From Minisyncoccota bacterium (GTDB lineage Bacteria > Patescibacteriota > Minisyncoccia > UBA6257 > 2-01-FULL-56-20): DNA of 64,000 nucleotides. The notes beneath the pieces are model-generated. The model made no database searches and was not told the origin of the DNA. It saw only the letters and a program-made list of their open reading frames with translations. Each line of letters begins with the position of its first letter. The first letter of the stretch is position 1. Positions 46,262 through 58,744 of this stretch are shown here, in pieces. The position numbers and the translations under genes are program-made. The DNA lies in contig JALHNY010000001.1 in the NCBI GenBank assembly GCA_022843285.1, positions 79,128-143,127 on the forward strand, read 5' to 3'.

Positions 46262-48820
46262 CTACGAGTGTGAGTCCAGGACCTTGCGCAGGTACGGTGC
46301 CGTGGCAGATCCCTTGACCTTGCTGATGTGTTCGGGCGTTCCGGCACCCATGAGCTTGCCGCCGCGCACGCCCCCGTCCGGGCCCAGGTCCACGACCCAG
46401 TCCGCAGACTTGATGACGTCCAGGTTGTGCTCGATGACCACCACCGTGTTGCCCCGCTCCACGAGGCGCTGCAGGACGTCGATGAGCTGCCGGACGTCAT
46501 CAAAGTGGAGACCCGTGGTCGGCTCGTCGAAGAGGTACAGCGTCCGACGCGTGTCGCGCTTGCCGAGCTCCGCGGCGAGCTTGATACGCTGCGCCTCACC
46601 CCCCGAGAGCGTCGTGGCGGACTGACCCAGCTCGAGGTAGCCGAGGCCGACGTCGTTGAGAATGGAGAGCCGATCGTGCAGCCACGGAATGTCCTTGAAG
46701 AACACGACCGCCTCCTCGATGGTGGTCCTCAGCACGTCGTAGATGTTCTTGCCGCGGTACTTCACCTCGAGCGTCTCGCGCTCGAAGCGCTTGCCCTTGC
46801 AGACCTCGCACGTGACGTAGACGGTGGGCAGGAAGTGCATCTCGATGGCGATGGTGCCGTGCCCCTCGCAGTTCTCGCAGCGGCCACCCTTCACGTTGAA
46901 ACTGAAGCGTCCCGGCTTGTACCCGCGCACGCGGGCATCATCGGTTGAGGCGAAGAGGTCGCGGATGTACGTCCACGCGCCCACGTAGGTGGCCGGGTTC
47001 GAGCGCGGCGTGCGCCCGATGGCAGCCTGGTCCACGGACACGACGCGGTTCACGTTCTCCGCGCCGAAGATCGCCCCGGCGGCGCCCTCGCGGTAGCTGG
47101 CACCGTTGAACTTGTTCGCCAGGTGCTTGTAGAGCACGTCGTACACGAGCGTGCTCTTGCCCGATCCCGAGACGCCGGTCACGACCGTGAACCTGGAAAC
47201 CGGGACCTCGACGGTGATGCCGTCCAGGTTGTTCTCTGTGGCGTTCTTGATCGTGATGAACTTTCCGCTCGGCTTCACCGGGCGGCGCGCGTTCGGGAGT
47301 TCGACCCGCCTGGTGCCGCGCAGGTACTGGAGCGTCAGCGAGTCCTGCTTCTTGTCTTTCAGCAGGTCGGGCATGGGGCCGATTGCCGTGATCTCACCCC
47401 CGTGCACGCCCGCGCCGGGTCCTATGTCCACGAGGAAATCGGCGGCGTGGATCGTGTCCTCGTCGTGCTCCACGACCAGCACCGTGTTGCCGAGGTCGCG
47501 CAGCTCCAGGAGCGTCGCGATCAGCTTCTCGTTGTCGCGCTGGTGCAGGCCAATGGTCGGCTCATCGAGGATGTAGAGCGTGCCGACGAGGCGCGACCCG
47601 ATCTGGCTCGCGAGGCGGATGCGCTGGGCCTCGCCGCCGGAGAGCGTTCCCGCCTTGCGATCCAGCGTCAGGTACCCGAGCCCGACGTCGTCCATGAACT
47701 GGAGGCGCGACGTAATCTCGCGGAGCGGCACCTCCGCAATCTGGAAACGCCCGCTGCCCGCTTCCTTCTGCTTCGCGGACTCTTTCTGGAGCTTGTCGCG
47801 GAGCTCGCGGAAGAACTTCAGTGATGACTCGACGGAGTCCTCGGTGACGCCCACGACGTTGCGCCCATCGATGAGCACGGAGAGCGCCTCGCGCTTCAGG
47901 CGCTTGCCCGCGCACATCGGGCACGGCTTCTCCGAGTAGGCAGACTCGGTGCCCAGGCCATGGCACTCCTCGCATGCCCCGTACGGGCTGTTGAAGGAGA
48001 AGAGGCGGGGCTCGATCTCGGGGAAGGAGAAGCCGTCATTGGGACAGGTGAACTGCGCGGAGAGCGAGGTCTCCTCGTCCGTGATGATGGTGACGACGTC
48101 GTTGCCGTACTTGAGCGCGGATTCGATGGCTTCGGCGAGGCGCAGGCGGTTGTCCTTGTCCTCGAAGTTCAGGAGGCCGGGAATGCGGTCCACCACGAGG
48201 TCGATGTCGTGCGTGCCGTACCGGGAGAGCTGGATGCGGTTCCTGAGGCTCTGGAGCTTGCCGTCCACGCGCACCTCGGAGAACCCGGCGTTCAGGAAGT
48301 CGTAGAGCATCTGGTAGTGCTCCCCCTTCCTCCCGCGCACCACGGGCGCGAGCACCAGAATGTTCGTACCCTTCTCGTTGCGCCTCGCGATGTCCACGGC
48401 GATGTCCACGATCTGCTCCCGCGTGAGCTTCTTGATCTGCGTCCCGCACTCGGGGCAGTGCGGGACCCCGAGGCGCGCGAAGAGGACGCGCAGGTAGTCG
48501 TAAATCTCGGTGATGGTGGCCACCGTGGACCGCGGGTTGCCGGAGTGGCTCTTCTGGTCGATTGAGATGGCCGGCGAGAGGCCGTCAATCTCATCGACGT
48601 CCGGCTTGTCCAGCCTCCCGAGGAACTGGCGCGCGTACGCGGAGAGCGACTCGATGTACCTGCGCTGCCCCTCGGCGAAGATGGTGTCGAACGCGAGGGA
48701 TGACTTCCCAGAGCCGGAAAGCCCCGTGAACACGACGAGCTTGTCGCGCGGGATCTCGAAGGACACGTTCTTGAGGTTGTGCTCTCGGGCGCCAGAAACG
48801 GCGATGCGGTTCTTCTGCAT
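46262..48820 (-). CDS. uvrA: Excinuclease ABC subunit A
   Basis: [17 protein letters not shown], two copies of LSGGEAQRI, and FSFN zinc fingers. Confidence 0.97.
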   Translation of the reverse strand: MQKNRIAVSGAREHNLKNVSFEIPRDKLVVFTGLSGSGKSSLAFDTIFAEGQRRYIESLSAYARQFLGRLDKPDVDEIDGLSPAISIDQKSHSGNPRSTVATITEIYDYLRVLFARLGVPHCPECGTQIKKLTREQIVDIAVDIARRNEKGTNILVLAPVVRGRKGEHYQMLYDFLNAGFSEVRVDGKLQSLRNRIQLSRYGTHDIDLVVDRIPGLLNFEDKDNRLRLAEAIESALKYGNDVVTIITDEETSLSAQFTCPNDGFSFPEIEPRLFSFNSPYGACEECHGLGTESAYSEKPCPMCAGKRLKREALSVLIDGRNVVGVTEDSVESSLKFFRELRDKLQKESAKQKEAGSGRFQIAEVPLREITSRLQFMDDVGLGYLTLDRKAGTLSGGEAQRIRLASQIGSRLVGTLYILDEPTIGLHQRDNEKLIATLLELRDLGNTVLVVEHDEDTIHAADFLVDIGPGAGVHGGEITAIGPMPDLLKDKKQDSLTLQYLRGTRRVELPNARRPVKPSGKFITIKNATENNLDGITVEVPVSRFTVVTGVSGSGKSTLVYDVLYKHLANKFNGASYREGAAGAIFGAENVNRVVSVDQAAIGRTPRSNPATYVGAWTYIRDLFASTDDARVRGYKPGRFSFNVKGGRCENCEGHGTIAIEMHFLPTVYVTCEVCKGKRFERETLEVKYRGKNIYDVLRTTIEEAVVFFKDIPWLHDRLSILNDVGLGYLELGQSATTLSGGEAQRIKLAAELGKRDTRRTLYLFDEPTTGLHFDDVRQLIDVLQRLVERGNTVVVIEHNLDVIKSADWVVDLGPDGGVRGGKLMGAGTPEHISKVKGSATAPYLRKVLDSHS

Positions 48821-48901
48821 CGGGGGTAGTGGGCCGAGTATAGCTCATTTGCGAGCGGCTGGGTACCCAAAAGAGCTTGAAAACAGGGGGCTTCTAGCCC
48901 G

Positions 48902-48930
48902 TTGACAGACTGCACCCGGGAGAGTAGTAT
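48902..48930 (+). promoter_or_regulatory. Near-consensus sigma70 promoter
   Basis: TTGACA-17 nt-TAGTAT. Confidence 0.7.
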
Positions 48931-49028
48931 CTCGGTACGCTTTTAATTTATTAGGAGCGTCAGAGACACCGCCGCAAGGCGGTGTCTTCTGTTTTTAGTT
49001 TTCTGATTTCTGGAATAGGAGCTGACTG

Positions 49029-49364
49029 ATGCAAAGAAAAGTCCGACTTGCCGGTGGGATCACGGCTGTGAACCCCAGAACCCTGCTGCTCGCCGACGCC
49101 CGTGAAGAGCTCGGCGCCAAGTGCCAGTTCATAGATGAGCGTGAGCTCGCCGTCATGGAGAGCGACCTCTCCGAGAACCACCTCGCCCGCGCAGACCTCA
49201 TTGCCCGGCTCAAGGTGAGCGAGGGTGCAGCCCTGCTCGTAACCCTCCCAGCTGAGGGTGCCATCGAGTTCGTTCGCGCGCTGCACGTGCGGCCGAGCGG
49301 TTCCACCCGCGTCCCGCTGTACCGCGTCACCAAAAACACGTTCGTCCTGGTGCGCCGCACCTGA
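49029..49364 (+). CDS. Orphan hypothetical protein
   Basis: AGGAG SD, own promoter, and a downstream hairpin ACGCCCGCAC/GTGCGGGCGT (49375-49397). Confidence 0.6.
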   Translation: MQRKVRLAGGITAVNPRTLLLADAREELGAKCQFIDERELAVMESDLSENHLARADLIARLKVSEGAALLVTLPAEGAIEFVRALHVRPSGSTRVPLYRVTKNTFVLVRRT

Positions 49365-49401
49365 GTTCATTCCGACGCCCGCACCCCGTGCGGGCGTTGC
49401 C

Positions 49402-49848
49402 CTACCTCGTCAGGGAAATGGTAGCTCCCAGCTCTGCTCCGGGCGCGAAGATGGTGACCTGCCCCGTGCTGCTCGCCCTGCTGATCACGTACCCGGTGTC
49501 GTACTGCCCCATGGAGAGGAAGTGCGCGCCGGCGAGCTGCGGGTCAAACGGCATCGCGGTCAGGAAGGTCGGAATCAGGCACGGCGCGATGTCGTACCCC
49601 CCGCTGGACCTCATCTGCGTCGGCGTCTCCGGAATGGGGCCCGAGGTGCACGTGAACGTGTTGCTCCCCGACTCGGCGATGCTCTGGCGCACGGAGTTCA
49701 TGATGGCCTGCAGGTGCAGATTGCGCTGCGTGTTGCGCGCGCCGGCCACCTGGCCGAACGGGTTGATGGCAATGAGCACGACCCCTCCCAGGATGGCCAG
49801 GAGCGCCATGCCGACGACAATCTCCGCAACGGTTACTCCCCTCCTCAT
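49402..49848 (-). CDS. Type IV pilin-like protein
   Basis: RRG|VTVAEIVVGMALLAIL..AINP with E at +5; TACACT lies 6 nt before the ATG. Confidence 0.85.
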   Translation of the reverse strand: MRRGVTVAEIVVGMALLAILGGVVLIAINPFGQVAGARNTQRNLHLQAIMNSVRQSIAESGSNTFTCTSGPIPETPTQMRSSGGYDIAPCLIPTFLTAMPFDPQLAGAHFLSMGQYDTGYVISRASSTGQVTIFAPGAELGATISLTR

Positions 49849-49862
49849 GCCCTGAGTGTACA

Positions 49863-51296
49863 TCAGCGGACCTCTTCCCAGGAGAGGAGCTCGTACTGGT
49901 CTGACGCCAGCGGGAAGCCGGGCGGCGGCCCGTACAGCAAATTCGCGTCGTAGGTCAGGTTGCGGGTCTGGTACCCGGTGCCGTCCGTGTACGCGAACCC
50001 GTACCGGCCGTTGGTCACGAGCGTGCCGTAGCTCGTGAGCGTGGTGCGCACGTGGTTGGGCGAGCAGCGGTTGCTCCCGCCGCCGGGCCCCTGGTAGTAG
50101 TAGCGCCCCACGCGGCCGTTCTGGGCTACGAGCGCGGCATCAATGCGCAGGTCGTTCTCGCTGAAGAGCCCCACGTTGACGTTGTTCTGCGCGATGAGGG
50201 CCACCGCCGCAGACCCATCGTAGGCGCCGTACGTCAGGTCCGCGTTCACCGTGATGCTGGTGTACGTCGAGCTGTTCACGGGGAACCGCCCGGAGCCCAC
50301 GGTGATGTGCCGGTTGCTCACCGTCCCGCTGACCCAGATGTGGTCCTCCACGAAGAAGATGCCGTTCGCGGGCAGCGCGCCATCGTCGGTCACCTGCGTC
50401 CGGTTGTTGACGCTCCACGTCCCCCAGCCCGCCTGGGAGGCCGAGTTGCTGCACCCGCTCGGCGCGCTGCGAAGGGACGTCACCCGGTACAGGTCGTACG
50501 TGCCGTTCGCATTGAACACGAGCTCGTACCCGGAAGAGCCAGAGTTGGCGACGTAAACGCCGCTCGCCTGGGCGTCCGTGCGGAGCTGCGAGAGGTCCTG
50601 GGTGATTCCCGCGAAGTCTATGGCGGGGAGGGGGAACTGCCTGCCCCCGCCGAACACGTCCGCCCGGTCTGGCAGCGCCCCGGGCGGGAGCGGATCCGTG
50701 GACCCGAGGTGCGTGTGCACGCCGTACTCCACGCCGCCGGAGTGGTCTGGATCATCGTACGTCGCCTGCGCGCTCTGCACGGTGTTGTGCGCGTAGCCGT
50801 CGAAACGAATGCCACCGTTGCTGAACACCTCGCCGAAGATCTCCGTCCCCTCTCCGAAGCGCATGGCAGAGTTTGCCGCCACGGCGTACCGCGCGAGGGA
50901 CGGCTTGCCGAGGAGCACCTCAATCGTCTTCTCGGTCGTGCTGTCCCCGAGCACGGAACCGGTGCTGCGGATGCGCACCATGGACGTGCCGGCCACCGGC
51001 TCAATCTCGAGCTCGAAAGATCCGAGGTGCCGCCCGTCCCTCGCGTAGTACTGGTGGACGTACGGACCGGGTGCGCCCGTGCCGTCCTGGAAGTCTTCCG
51101 GGGCGTGCGCCAGGTGCCAGCGGTAGTACTCGATGCCAGCCTCGGCAATGGAGAACGACAGGTTCCGGTTGAGGCTCCTCGTGGAGAGCTGCAGGAACGA
51201 GACGGCGAGGAACGTGAAACCAGTGATGAGCACCACGACCACCGCGGAGAGCACGATGACCTGGAGCGAGACCTGACCCTGCTTGCGGCTAATCAT
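49863..51296 (-). CDS. PilX/GspK-like minor pilin
   Basis: KQG|QVSLQV hydrophobic helix, AEAGIEY motif and a beta-rich C-terminal domain. Confidence 0.8.
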   Translation of the reverse strand: MISRKQGQVSLQVIVLSAVVVVLITGFTFLAVSFLQLSTRSLNRNLSFSIAEAGIEYYRWHLAHAPEDFQDGTGAPGPYVHQYYARDGRHLGSFELEIEPVAGTSMVRIRSTGSVLGDSTTEKTIEVLLGKPSLARYAVAANSAMRFGEGTEIFGEVFSNGGIRFDGYAHNTVQSAQATYDDPDHSGGVEYGVHTHLGSTDPLPPGALPDRADVFGGGRQFPLPAIDFAGITQDLSQLRTDAQASGVYVANSGSSGYELVFNANGTYDLYRVTSLRSAPSGCSNSASQAGWGTWSVNNRTQVTDDGALPANGIFFVEDHIWVSGTVSNRHITVGSGRFPVNSSTYTSITVNADLTYGAYDGSAAVALIAQNNVNVGLFSENDLRIDAALVAQNGRVGRYYYQGPGGGSNRCSPNHVRTTLTSYGTLVTNGRYGFAYTDGTGYQTRNLTYDANLLYGPPPGFPLASDQYELLSWEEVR

Positions 51297-51894
51297 CTCT
51301 GAGGTTTCTGATGCTGATGAGCTGGCTGACGTACGCCGGCCGGGGCGCCTCGCGCGGGCGCACGTCCACGTAGAGCGTCACGCGGACCAGTCGCACGGCG
51401 CTGGCCAGGGTACTCGTCGGGGCCAGCGGATCTTCCACACCGGTGTAGTCATCGCCGTAGTACGTGAACACGTTGGAGGAGGTCGTCCGGGTGAGGTTGC
51501 TCACGAGCGTGGAGACCGTCTCCGATGACGAGGAGTACGCGAGCGGCGTGCCGGATGGCTTCGTGACACCCCGGTCCAGCGTCGTGGTGCCCACGGTGTA
51601 GCGGATGCGCTCGAAGAGGCCGTCGCTGTCCACGTCGCTGTAGAAGATGAGAGTGCTCGTCGTCGCGGCCTCCACGGGGTACGCACCCTGGTTGCTGGGC
51701 GCCGCCGAGCGAATCTCGGTGACCATCTGCTCCATGGCGCGGTCGATGTCCTGGCGAGACTGGAGCTTCTGGCTGACGAGGTTACTGAGCGTGTCCACGT
51801 TGGTGCGCAGCGTCGCCACCACGAAGATCAGCACCGTGAACACCGCCGCTGAGATCAGCACCTCGATGACGGAGAATCCGGACCTCTGGCTCAT
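51289..51894 (-). CDS. PilW/GspJ-like minor pilin
   Basis: RSG|FSVIEVLI prepilin motif and EIRSA. Confidence 0.85.
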   Translation of the reverse strand: MSQRSGFSVIEVLISAAVFTVLIFVVATLRTNVDTLSNLVSQKLQSRQDIDRAMEQMVTEIRSAAPSNQGAYPVEAATTSTLIFYSDVDSDGLFERIRYTVGTTTLDRGVTKPSGTPLAYSSSSETVSTLVSNLTRTTSSNVFTYYGDDYTGVEDPLAPTSTLASAVRLVRVTLYVDVRPREAPRPAYVSQLISIRNLRDD

Positions 51895-53615
51895 GATGGG
51901 CTCATGGTAACGGTCACGGACTGCCACCCGCTACCGACCGTCGTCGTCGCGGACGCGGCGGAGTACCCCCCGGCGGCCGCGTCCACGGTGTACGACCCAG
52001 CCGCCAGGTTCTGGAACAGGCGCTGGCCCGGCGGCACGCAGGGACCAGCAAACGTCAGGCGCACCTCGCTGACCGCTGGCGTCGTGAGCTCGTCCGCAGT
52101 TTCCAGGTACGCGCGGTACCGCACGTACCGCTTCCCCGCCGCAGATCCCGCGACCGCTGCGGGAGAGGTGAAGTACGATGATCCGCTCCCGTCCGGACCC
52201 ACGAAGCTCCAGCTGCCGCCATCGTCGCTGCCCGCGACCTGGAAGCGCACGGAGCCGGAGGCATCCCAGTCGAAGAACGTGGCACCCGCCGGCGTCCCCC
52301 CGAGGTCGAGGGTCGCGGACTCGAGCGTCGCGACCGAAGAGGTCGCGTAGGGACCCCCAGCGGGGCTCATGCGGATCTCGCCGCTCGATGTTTCGGTGCC
52401 CGAGAGCGATGAGTACGAAGCCGGGTTGGACCAGTCAGACTCGGCGTGGACGGCGGCGCCAGCTGCCCCGGCAGGGTCTGACGCGCCCGGCCCGTTCAGC
52501 GTGAAGCTCGCGGCAACCGGGCTACCCGTCACGGCATCGACGGCGGTAACCAGCAGGGACGGCGCCCCTGACGGCGCGAGCACGAAGCGGAACGGCTGGT
52601 CCTCATCGGGGGCCAGCGCGAAGGGCGAGAGCGGGACCGTCCCGGCTAGGTCCATGGATCCGGTGTACGTGGCGGTGTACGCGTCCCACTCGACGCCGGA
52701 GACGGTCGTCTCCCCTCCCGCGGCTGTCGAGCCGCTGAAGGTGTACTTGAGAACGTCCGGGGCGGTGCCCACGAGCTTGGTGCCCGCCAGCGTGAACGGC
52801 TGGCTCGCCACCGCCTCGCAGCGGTACCCCGAGCTCGCCACCTCAACGCTGCCCACCCGGTCAATCGCGAAGCTCAGCACCGTCACGGCTTGGGAGCCCA
52901 CCGTCGCGTGCGGCTTCACGGGGTTCGGGTTGCCGGGCGCGCCAACCGGGTAGGTGCCCTCGCTCGAGTACCCAGCCTTGGTCACCGTGACGTGGTACGC
53001 CTGGGTGCTGGTCGGGACGTCCACCAGCTGCAGCAGGCCGTTGGTGCCGGTGATGTCACTGAAGTTAATTGCCGGCGAAACGGCCGAGTTGGTAATCGTG
53101 ACCTCCGCAGACGGCACCGGCTGCCCGTTGGCATCGAACACCGAGATGAAGAGCGAGCCGTTCTGCGAGGCGCTCTCCAGTCCCTGCGGGGCCACGGTGG
53201 TGGTAATCGATACCGGCGTGAAGCGGGGGCACGTGGGGCAGGTCACGCTGAACTCGACGAGCTTGTAGTCAGCCGGCGCGGTGTCCCCGGGGCTGCCACC
53301 CGCGGTTCCGTCGAACGGGTCATCCACGTTGCGCACCGCCGTCTGCACGATGAACTCGGCGCCGTCCCAGGAGACCTGCTCCGACTGTTCCAGGATGCCC
53401 GAGGGGATGCCGCCGATGACACCCACCTGCTCGTAGCTCAGGTTCCTCACGAGCTCCACCTTCTGGTTCAGGACGTTGGAGGCCGCGCGGCGCAGCTCGT
53501 AGTTCACGGCCGTATCGACGATGGAGAAGTAGACGAGGAAGATGCCGCCGAACAGGACGGCAATGATGCCGATTGCCAGAATGAGATCGATGAGGCTGAA
53601 GCCACGTCTGCTCAT
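51891..53615 (-). CDS. Large PilV-like minor pilin with carboxypeptidase-regulatory-like beta-sandwich repeats
   Basis: RRG|FSLIDLI, ELVRNLSY and YHVTVTKAGY motifs. Confidence 0.8.
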   Translation of the reverse strand: MSRRGFSLIDLILAIGIIAVLFGGIFLVYFSIVDTAVNYELRRAASNVLNQKVELVRNLSYEQVGVIGGIPSGILEQSEQVSWDGAEFIVQTAVRNVDDPFDGTAGGSPGDTAPADYKLVEFSVTCPTCPRFTPVSITTTVAPQGLESASQNGSLFISVFDANGQPVPSAEVTITNSAVSPAINFSDITGTNGLLQLVDVPTSTQAYHVTVTKAGYSSEGTYPVGAPGNPNPVKPHATVGSQAVTVLSFAIDRVGSVEVASSGYRCEAVASQPFTLAGTKLVGTAPDVLKYTFSGSTAAGGETTVSGVEWDAYTATYTGSMDLAGTVPLSPFALAPDEDQPFRFVLAPSGAPSLLVTAVDAVTGSPVAASFTLNGPGASDPAGAAGAAVHAESDWSNPASYSSLSGTETSSGEIRMSPAGGPYATSSVATLESATLDLGGTPAGATFFDWDASGSVRFQVAGSDDGGSWSFVGPDGSGSSYFTSPAAVAGSAAGKRYVRYRAYLETADELTTPAVSEVRLTFAGPCVPPGQRLFQNLAAGSYTVDAAAGGYSAASATTTVGSGWQSVTVTMSPS

Positions 53616-53619
53616 GCCG

Positions 53620-54690
53620 CTACCCTATTCCCTGCGACAGCGAGTAGATCGGCAGGATGATGGAGAGCGCCACGAATCCCACGAGGAGCCCCATGCCCAC
53701 CAGCAGGATGGGCTCCAGGAGCGAGGTCAGCGTCTTGAGCGCCTCCTCGGTCTCCTCGGTGTAGTGCCCCGAGAGGTAGATCAGGTTGTCCTCGAGGTTG
53801 CCCGTCCCCTCGCCGATCGTGACGATGCCGCTCATGAGGGGCGGGAACTGCTTCGGGTGCTTCTCGAGGTACGTGCCGAGGGTCTCACCGCGCCTGATGG
53901 CGTCCGCGGCGCCCACGATGATGTCCCGGTACACCAGGTTGGTGAACGTACTGCTGGTGATGGTGATGCCCTCCACGATGTGCACGCCGCTCTTGAGCAG
54001 CAGCCCGAGGACGCGGCTGAAGTTCGCCACGTTGACGTTCACCATGAGGTGGCCGAGGACCGGCACCGCGAGCAGGGAGCGGTGCAGCGCCTTGCGCAGG
54101 AAGCGCACGCGCGTGAAGAGTACCCTGCCCCCGATAGCCGCCGCCGCAGTGCCGAGCACGGCGTACAGGCCGTACGCGCGGGTGAAGTCGAGGAACCCGA
54201 TGAGGATGCGGGTGGTGAGCGGCAGCTCCACGTTGAAGCCGGAGAGCACCGGCAAAATCTTCGGGAACACGAAGAACGTGAGGAAGCTCACGACGGCAAT
54301 GGTGGCGAGCAGGAGCACGATCGGGTAGATAAGCGCCGAGCGGACCTTCGCCTGAAGCTCCTTGCTCTTCTTAATTTCCTCCGCGAGGTACGAGAGGTTG
54401 TCCGCGAGCGTGCCGCTGGTCTCCCCAACGCGCACGATGTTCGTGAAGAAGTCCCCGAAGAGCTGGGGGAACCGCCCGAGGCTGTCCGCGAGGAACTTAC
54501 CCGCGTTGATGTCCTCGATCACGATGTCTATGACCTTCGAGAGCGTCTTCGAGAACTTCTGCTTGCGCAGCATGCGCAGGCCCTCGAGGAGCGGGAGGCC
54601 CGCACGCACGACCATGGCGAGGTGGCGCGCGAAGTTGATCTTCTCCTGCGCCTTCAGCCTGGCAAAGAGCATGCGCGGCGAGCTGGCCAT
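53620..54690 (-). CDS. pilC: Type IV pilus/T2SS platform protein (PilC/GspF)
   Basis: GETSGTL, SALIYP, GEGTGNL and LLEP motifs. Confidence 0.9.
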   Translation of the reverse strand: MASSPRMLFARLKAQEKINFARHLAMVVRAGLPLLEGLRMLRKQKFSKTLSKVIDIVIEDINAGKFLADSLGRFPQLFGDFFTNIVRVGETSGTLADNLSYLAEEIKKSKELQAKVRSALIYPIVLLLATIAVVSFLTFFVFPKILPVLSGFNVELPLTTRILIGFLDFTRAYGLYAVLGTAAAAIGGRVLFTRVRFLRKALHRSLLAVPVLGHLMVNVNVANFSRVLGLLLKSGVHIVEGITITSSTFTNLVYRDIIVGAADAIRRGETLGTYLEKHPKQFPPLMSGIVTIGEGTGNLEDNLIYLSGHYTEETEEALKTLTSLLEPILLVGMGLLVGFVALSIILPIYSLSQGIG

Positions 54691-54691
54691 C

Positions 54692-55930
54692 CTACTCGTA
54701 GATGAGGCGAATGACCTCCTCGATGGACGTGACGCCCGCGGCCGCCTTCTCGACGCCGTCTCGCATCATGGTCTTCATGCCCTCCTTCACGGCCTGCTGC
54801 TTGATGTCCGCAGCCGATGCCCGCTCGAGGACGAGCTTCTGGATGCCCGGTGTCATGGGCAGCACCTCGCGGATGCCGATGCGGCCGCGGAACCCCGAGT
54901 GGTGGCACTGGTCGCAGCCGGGCGAGGTCCACAGCTGCTCGAGGTGCTCGTCGTCCGCGTCGTCGCCGAGAATCTCCATGACGCCCTTGCGCTCCTTCGC
55001 GTCCACGGGGCGCACCACCTTGCAGTCCGGGCAGAGCGTGCGCACGAGGCGCTGGCCCATGGCGACGTTGACCGTGCTCGCGACCAGGAACGGGGGCACG
55101 CCCATGTCCATGAGGCGCGGGAAGGTGGTTGCCGCGTCGTTGGTGTGCAGCGTGGAGAGCACGAGGTGGCCGGTCAGCGCGGCGTTCACCGCGATGCCCG
55201 CGGTCTCCTGGTCGCGGATTTCACCGACCATCAGGATGTTCGGATCCTGGCGCAGAATGGAGCGGAGTCCAGACGCGAACGTGAAGCCGACCTGCGCGTT
55301 GGTCTGCATTTGCGTCACGCCGGGCAGCGCGTACTCGATGGGGTCCTCAATGGTGATGATGGAGCGGTCCGCCTGGTTGAGCTCCTTGAGAATGGTGTAC
55401 AGCGTCGTGGTCTTCCCGGAGCCGGTGGGGCCGTTTGCGAGAATCATGCCGTACGGGCGCTTGATCGCTTTCCGCACGCGCTCCAGCTGGTCCGGTGGGA
55501 AGCCGAGCGAGTCGAGGGTGAACGCCTGGTTCTCGGCGAGGACGCGGAGCACCGCGTTCTCGCCGTGGTACGTCGGCGCGATGGAGACGCGCACCGCGAC
55601 CGTCTCGTCCCCTATCTTCACCTTGAGGCGGCCGTCCTGCGGCACCAGGTGCTCGTCCGTGCGGAGACCGCACATGACCTTGATGCGGCTGATGAGCTCG
55701 TCGTGGAGAGACATCGGAATGGGCATCTCCTCGAGCGCGTCCTGGAGCATGCCGTCTATGCGGAAGCGCAGGCGCACCGATTCCTCGGTGGGCTCGATGT
55801 GCACGTCCGAAGTTTTCGCCGTGTACGCGTACTCGAGGATCTGGTCCACGAGGCTGACCACGCTCACGTCCGTGGCATCTTTGCCTATCGTCTCCTTAAT
55901 CGCGGCGCGCACCGCATCGAGGTCTCTCAT
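54692..55930 (-). CDS. pilB: Pilus assembly ATPase (PilB/GspE), lacking the long N-terminal domain
   Basis: SDVHIEP, PQDGR, GPTGSGKTTT, TIEDPIE, LRQDP, GEIRD, TGHLV and tetracysteine motifs. Confidence 0.9.
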   Translation of the reverse strand: MRDLDAVRAAIKETIGKDATDVSVVSLVDQILEYAYTAKTSDVHIEPTEESVRLRFRIDGMLQDALEEMPIPMSLHDELISRIKVMCGLRTDEHLVPQDGRLKVKIGDETVAVRVSIAPTYHGENAVLRVLAENQAFTLDSLGFPPDQLERVRKAIKRPYGMILANGPTGSGKTTTLYTILKELNQADRSIITIEDPIEYALPGVTQMQTNAQVGFTFASGLRSILRQDPNILMVGEIRDQETAGIAVNAALTGHLVLSTLHTNDAATTFPRLMDMGVPPFLVASTVNVAMGQRLVRTLCPDCKVVRPVDAKERKGVMEILGDDADDEHLEQLWTSPGCDQCHHSGFRGRIGIREVLPMTPGIQKLVLERASAADIKQQAVKEGMKTMMRDGVEKAAAGVTSIEEVIRLIYE

Positions 55931-56042
55931 GTGCCGTAAGTATAGCAGGCTCATGGCTCAAAACGTGCCCTGGACTTACGCGTGAAACGGCGGTATAGCT
56001 TGGCGGAGCTTTTTGAGAAATTTACAAGCAAGGAGACAAGAA

Positions 56043-56588
56043 ATGGACTACAAGTACCTCGTCCTGTTCCCCATCAGGGGAGCTCAGGGCGAACACCTCG
56101 TTCAGGTCATGGACCGCATGGCTGAGCTAACGGGGCTTCCCGCCCCGCACACCCAGCTCCCGCCGCACGTGACCTTTCACAAGCCGATTGCCGGCATCAA
56201 TGAGGAGACCGTGCTGAACCTGGTCCAGAGCGTCGCGCTCCAGACCAAACAGACCCGCCTCACCTACGAGGCGCACCCGTTCTTCTTCGGGAAGCAGTAC
56301 GTCGTCGTCCGCATCAACCCGACCATCGAGCTCGCGAGCTTCTGGAGCGAGGTCAGCAACCTCATCACCAAGGTTCCCGAGTACGAGCACGGTCCGTTTG
56401 ACCGGGACAACACGCTGCACATCACGCTAGCCCGCAAGACCAGCTCGGTGTTCGATAAGGTCTGGGGAGAACTCAGCGCCATGGTGCTCACACCCGAAGA
56501 GGTGACCTTCGATTCCGTGGACCTGTACCGCAAGCCGCTCACGGGCGGAGCGTGGGAGCAGGTGCAATCTCTGCCGATTCCTACCTAG
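56043..56588 (+). CDS. 2H phosphoesterase (2'-5' RNA ligase superfamily)
   Basis: Two HxT motifs (PHVTF, LHITL); AGGAG SD; promoter TGGACT-17-TATAGC (55971-55999). Confidence 0.8.
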   Translation: MDYKYLVLFPIRGAQGEHLVQVMDRMAELTGLPAPHTQLPPHVTFHKPIAGINEETVLNLVQSVALQTKQTRLTYEAHPFFFGKQYVVVRINPTIELASFWSEVSNLITKVPEYEHGPFDRDNTLHITLARKTSSVFDKVWGELSAMVLTPEEVTFDSVDLYRKPLTGGAWEQVQSLPIPT

Positions 56589-56610
56589 CGGATTTCACCG
56601 TCCGACTGCG

Positions 56611-56635
56611 CCCCCGCTCCCGCGGGGGTTTCGCT

Positions 56636-56637
<2 letters not shown>
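56611..56637 (+). terminator. Intrinsic terminator
   Basis: CCCCCGC-TCCC-GCGGGGG-TTTCGCTTT. Confidence 0.65.
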
Positions 56638-58705
<2,068 letters not shown>

Positions 58706-58744
58706 CTGGTCAGTGTAGCACCCGCCGGCTACGGGGCTAGCGCG

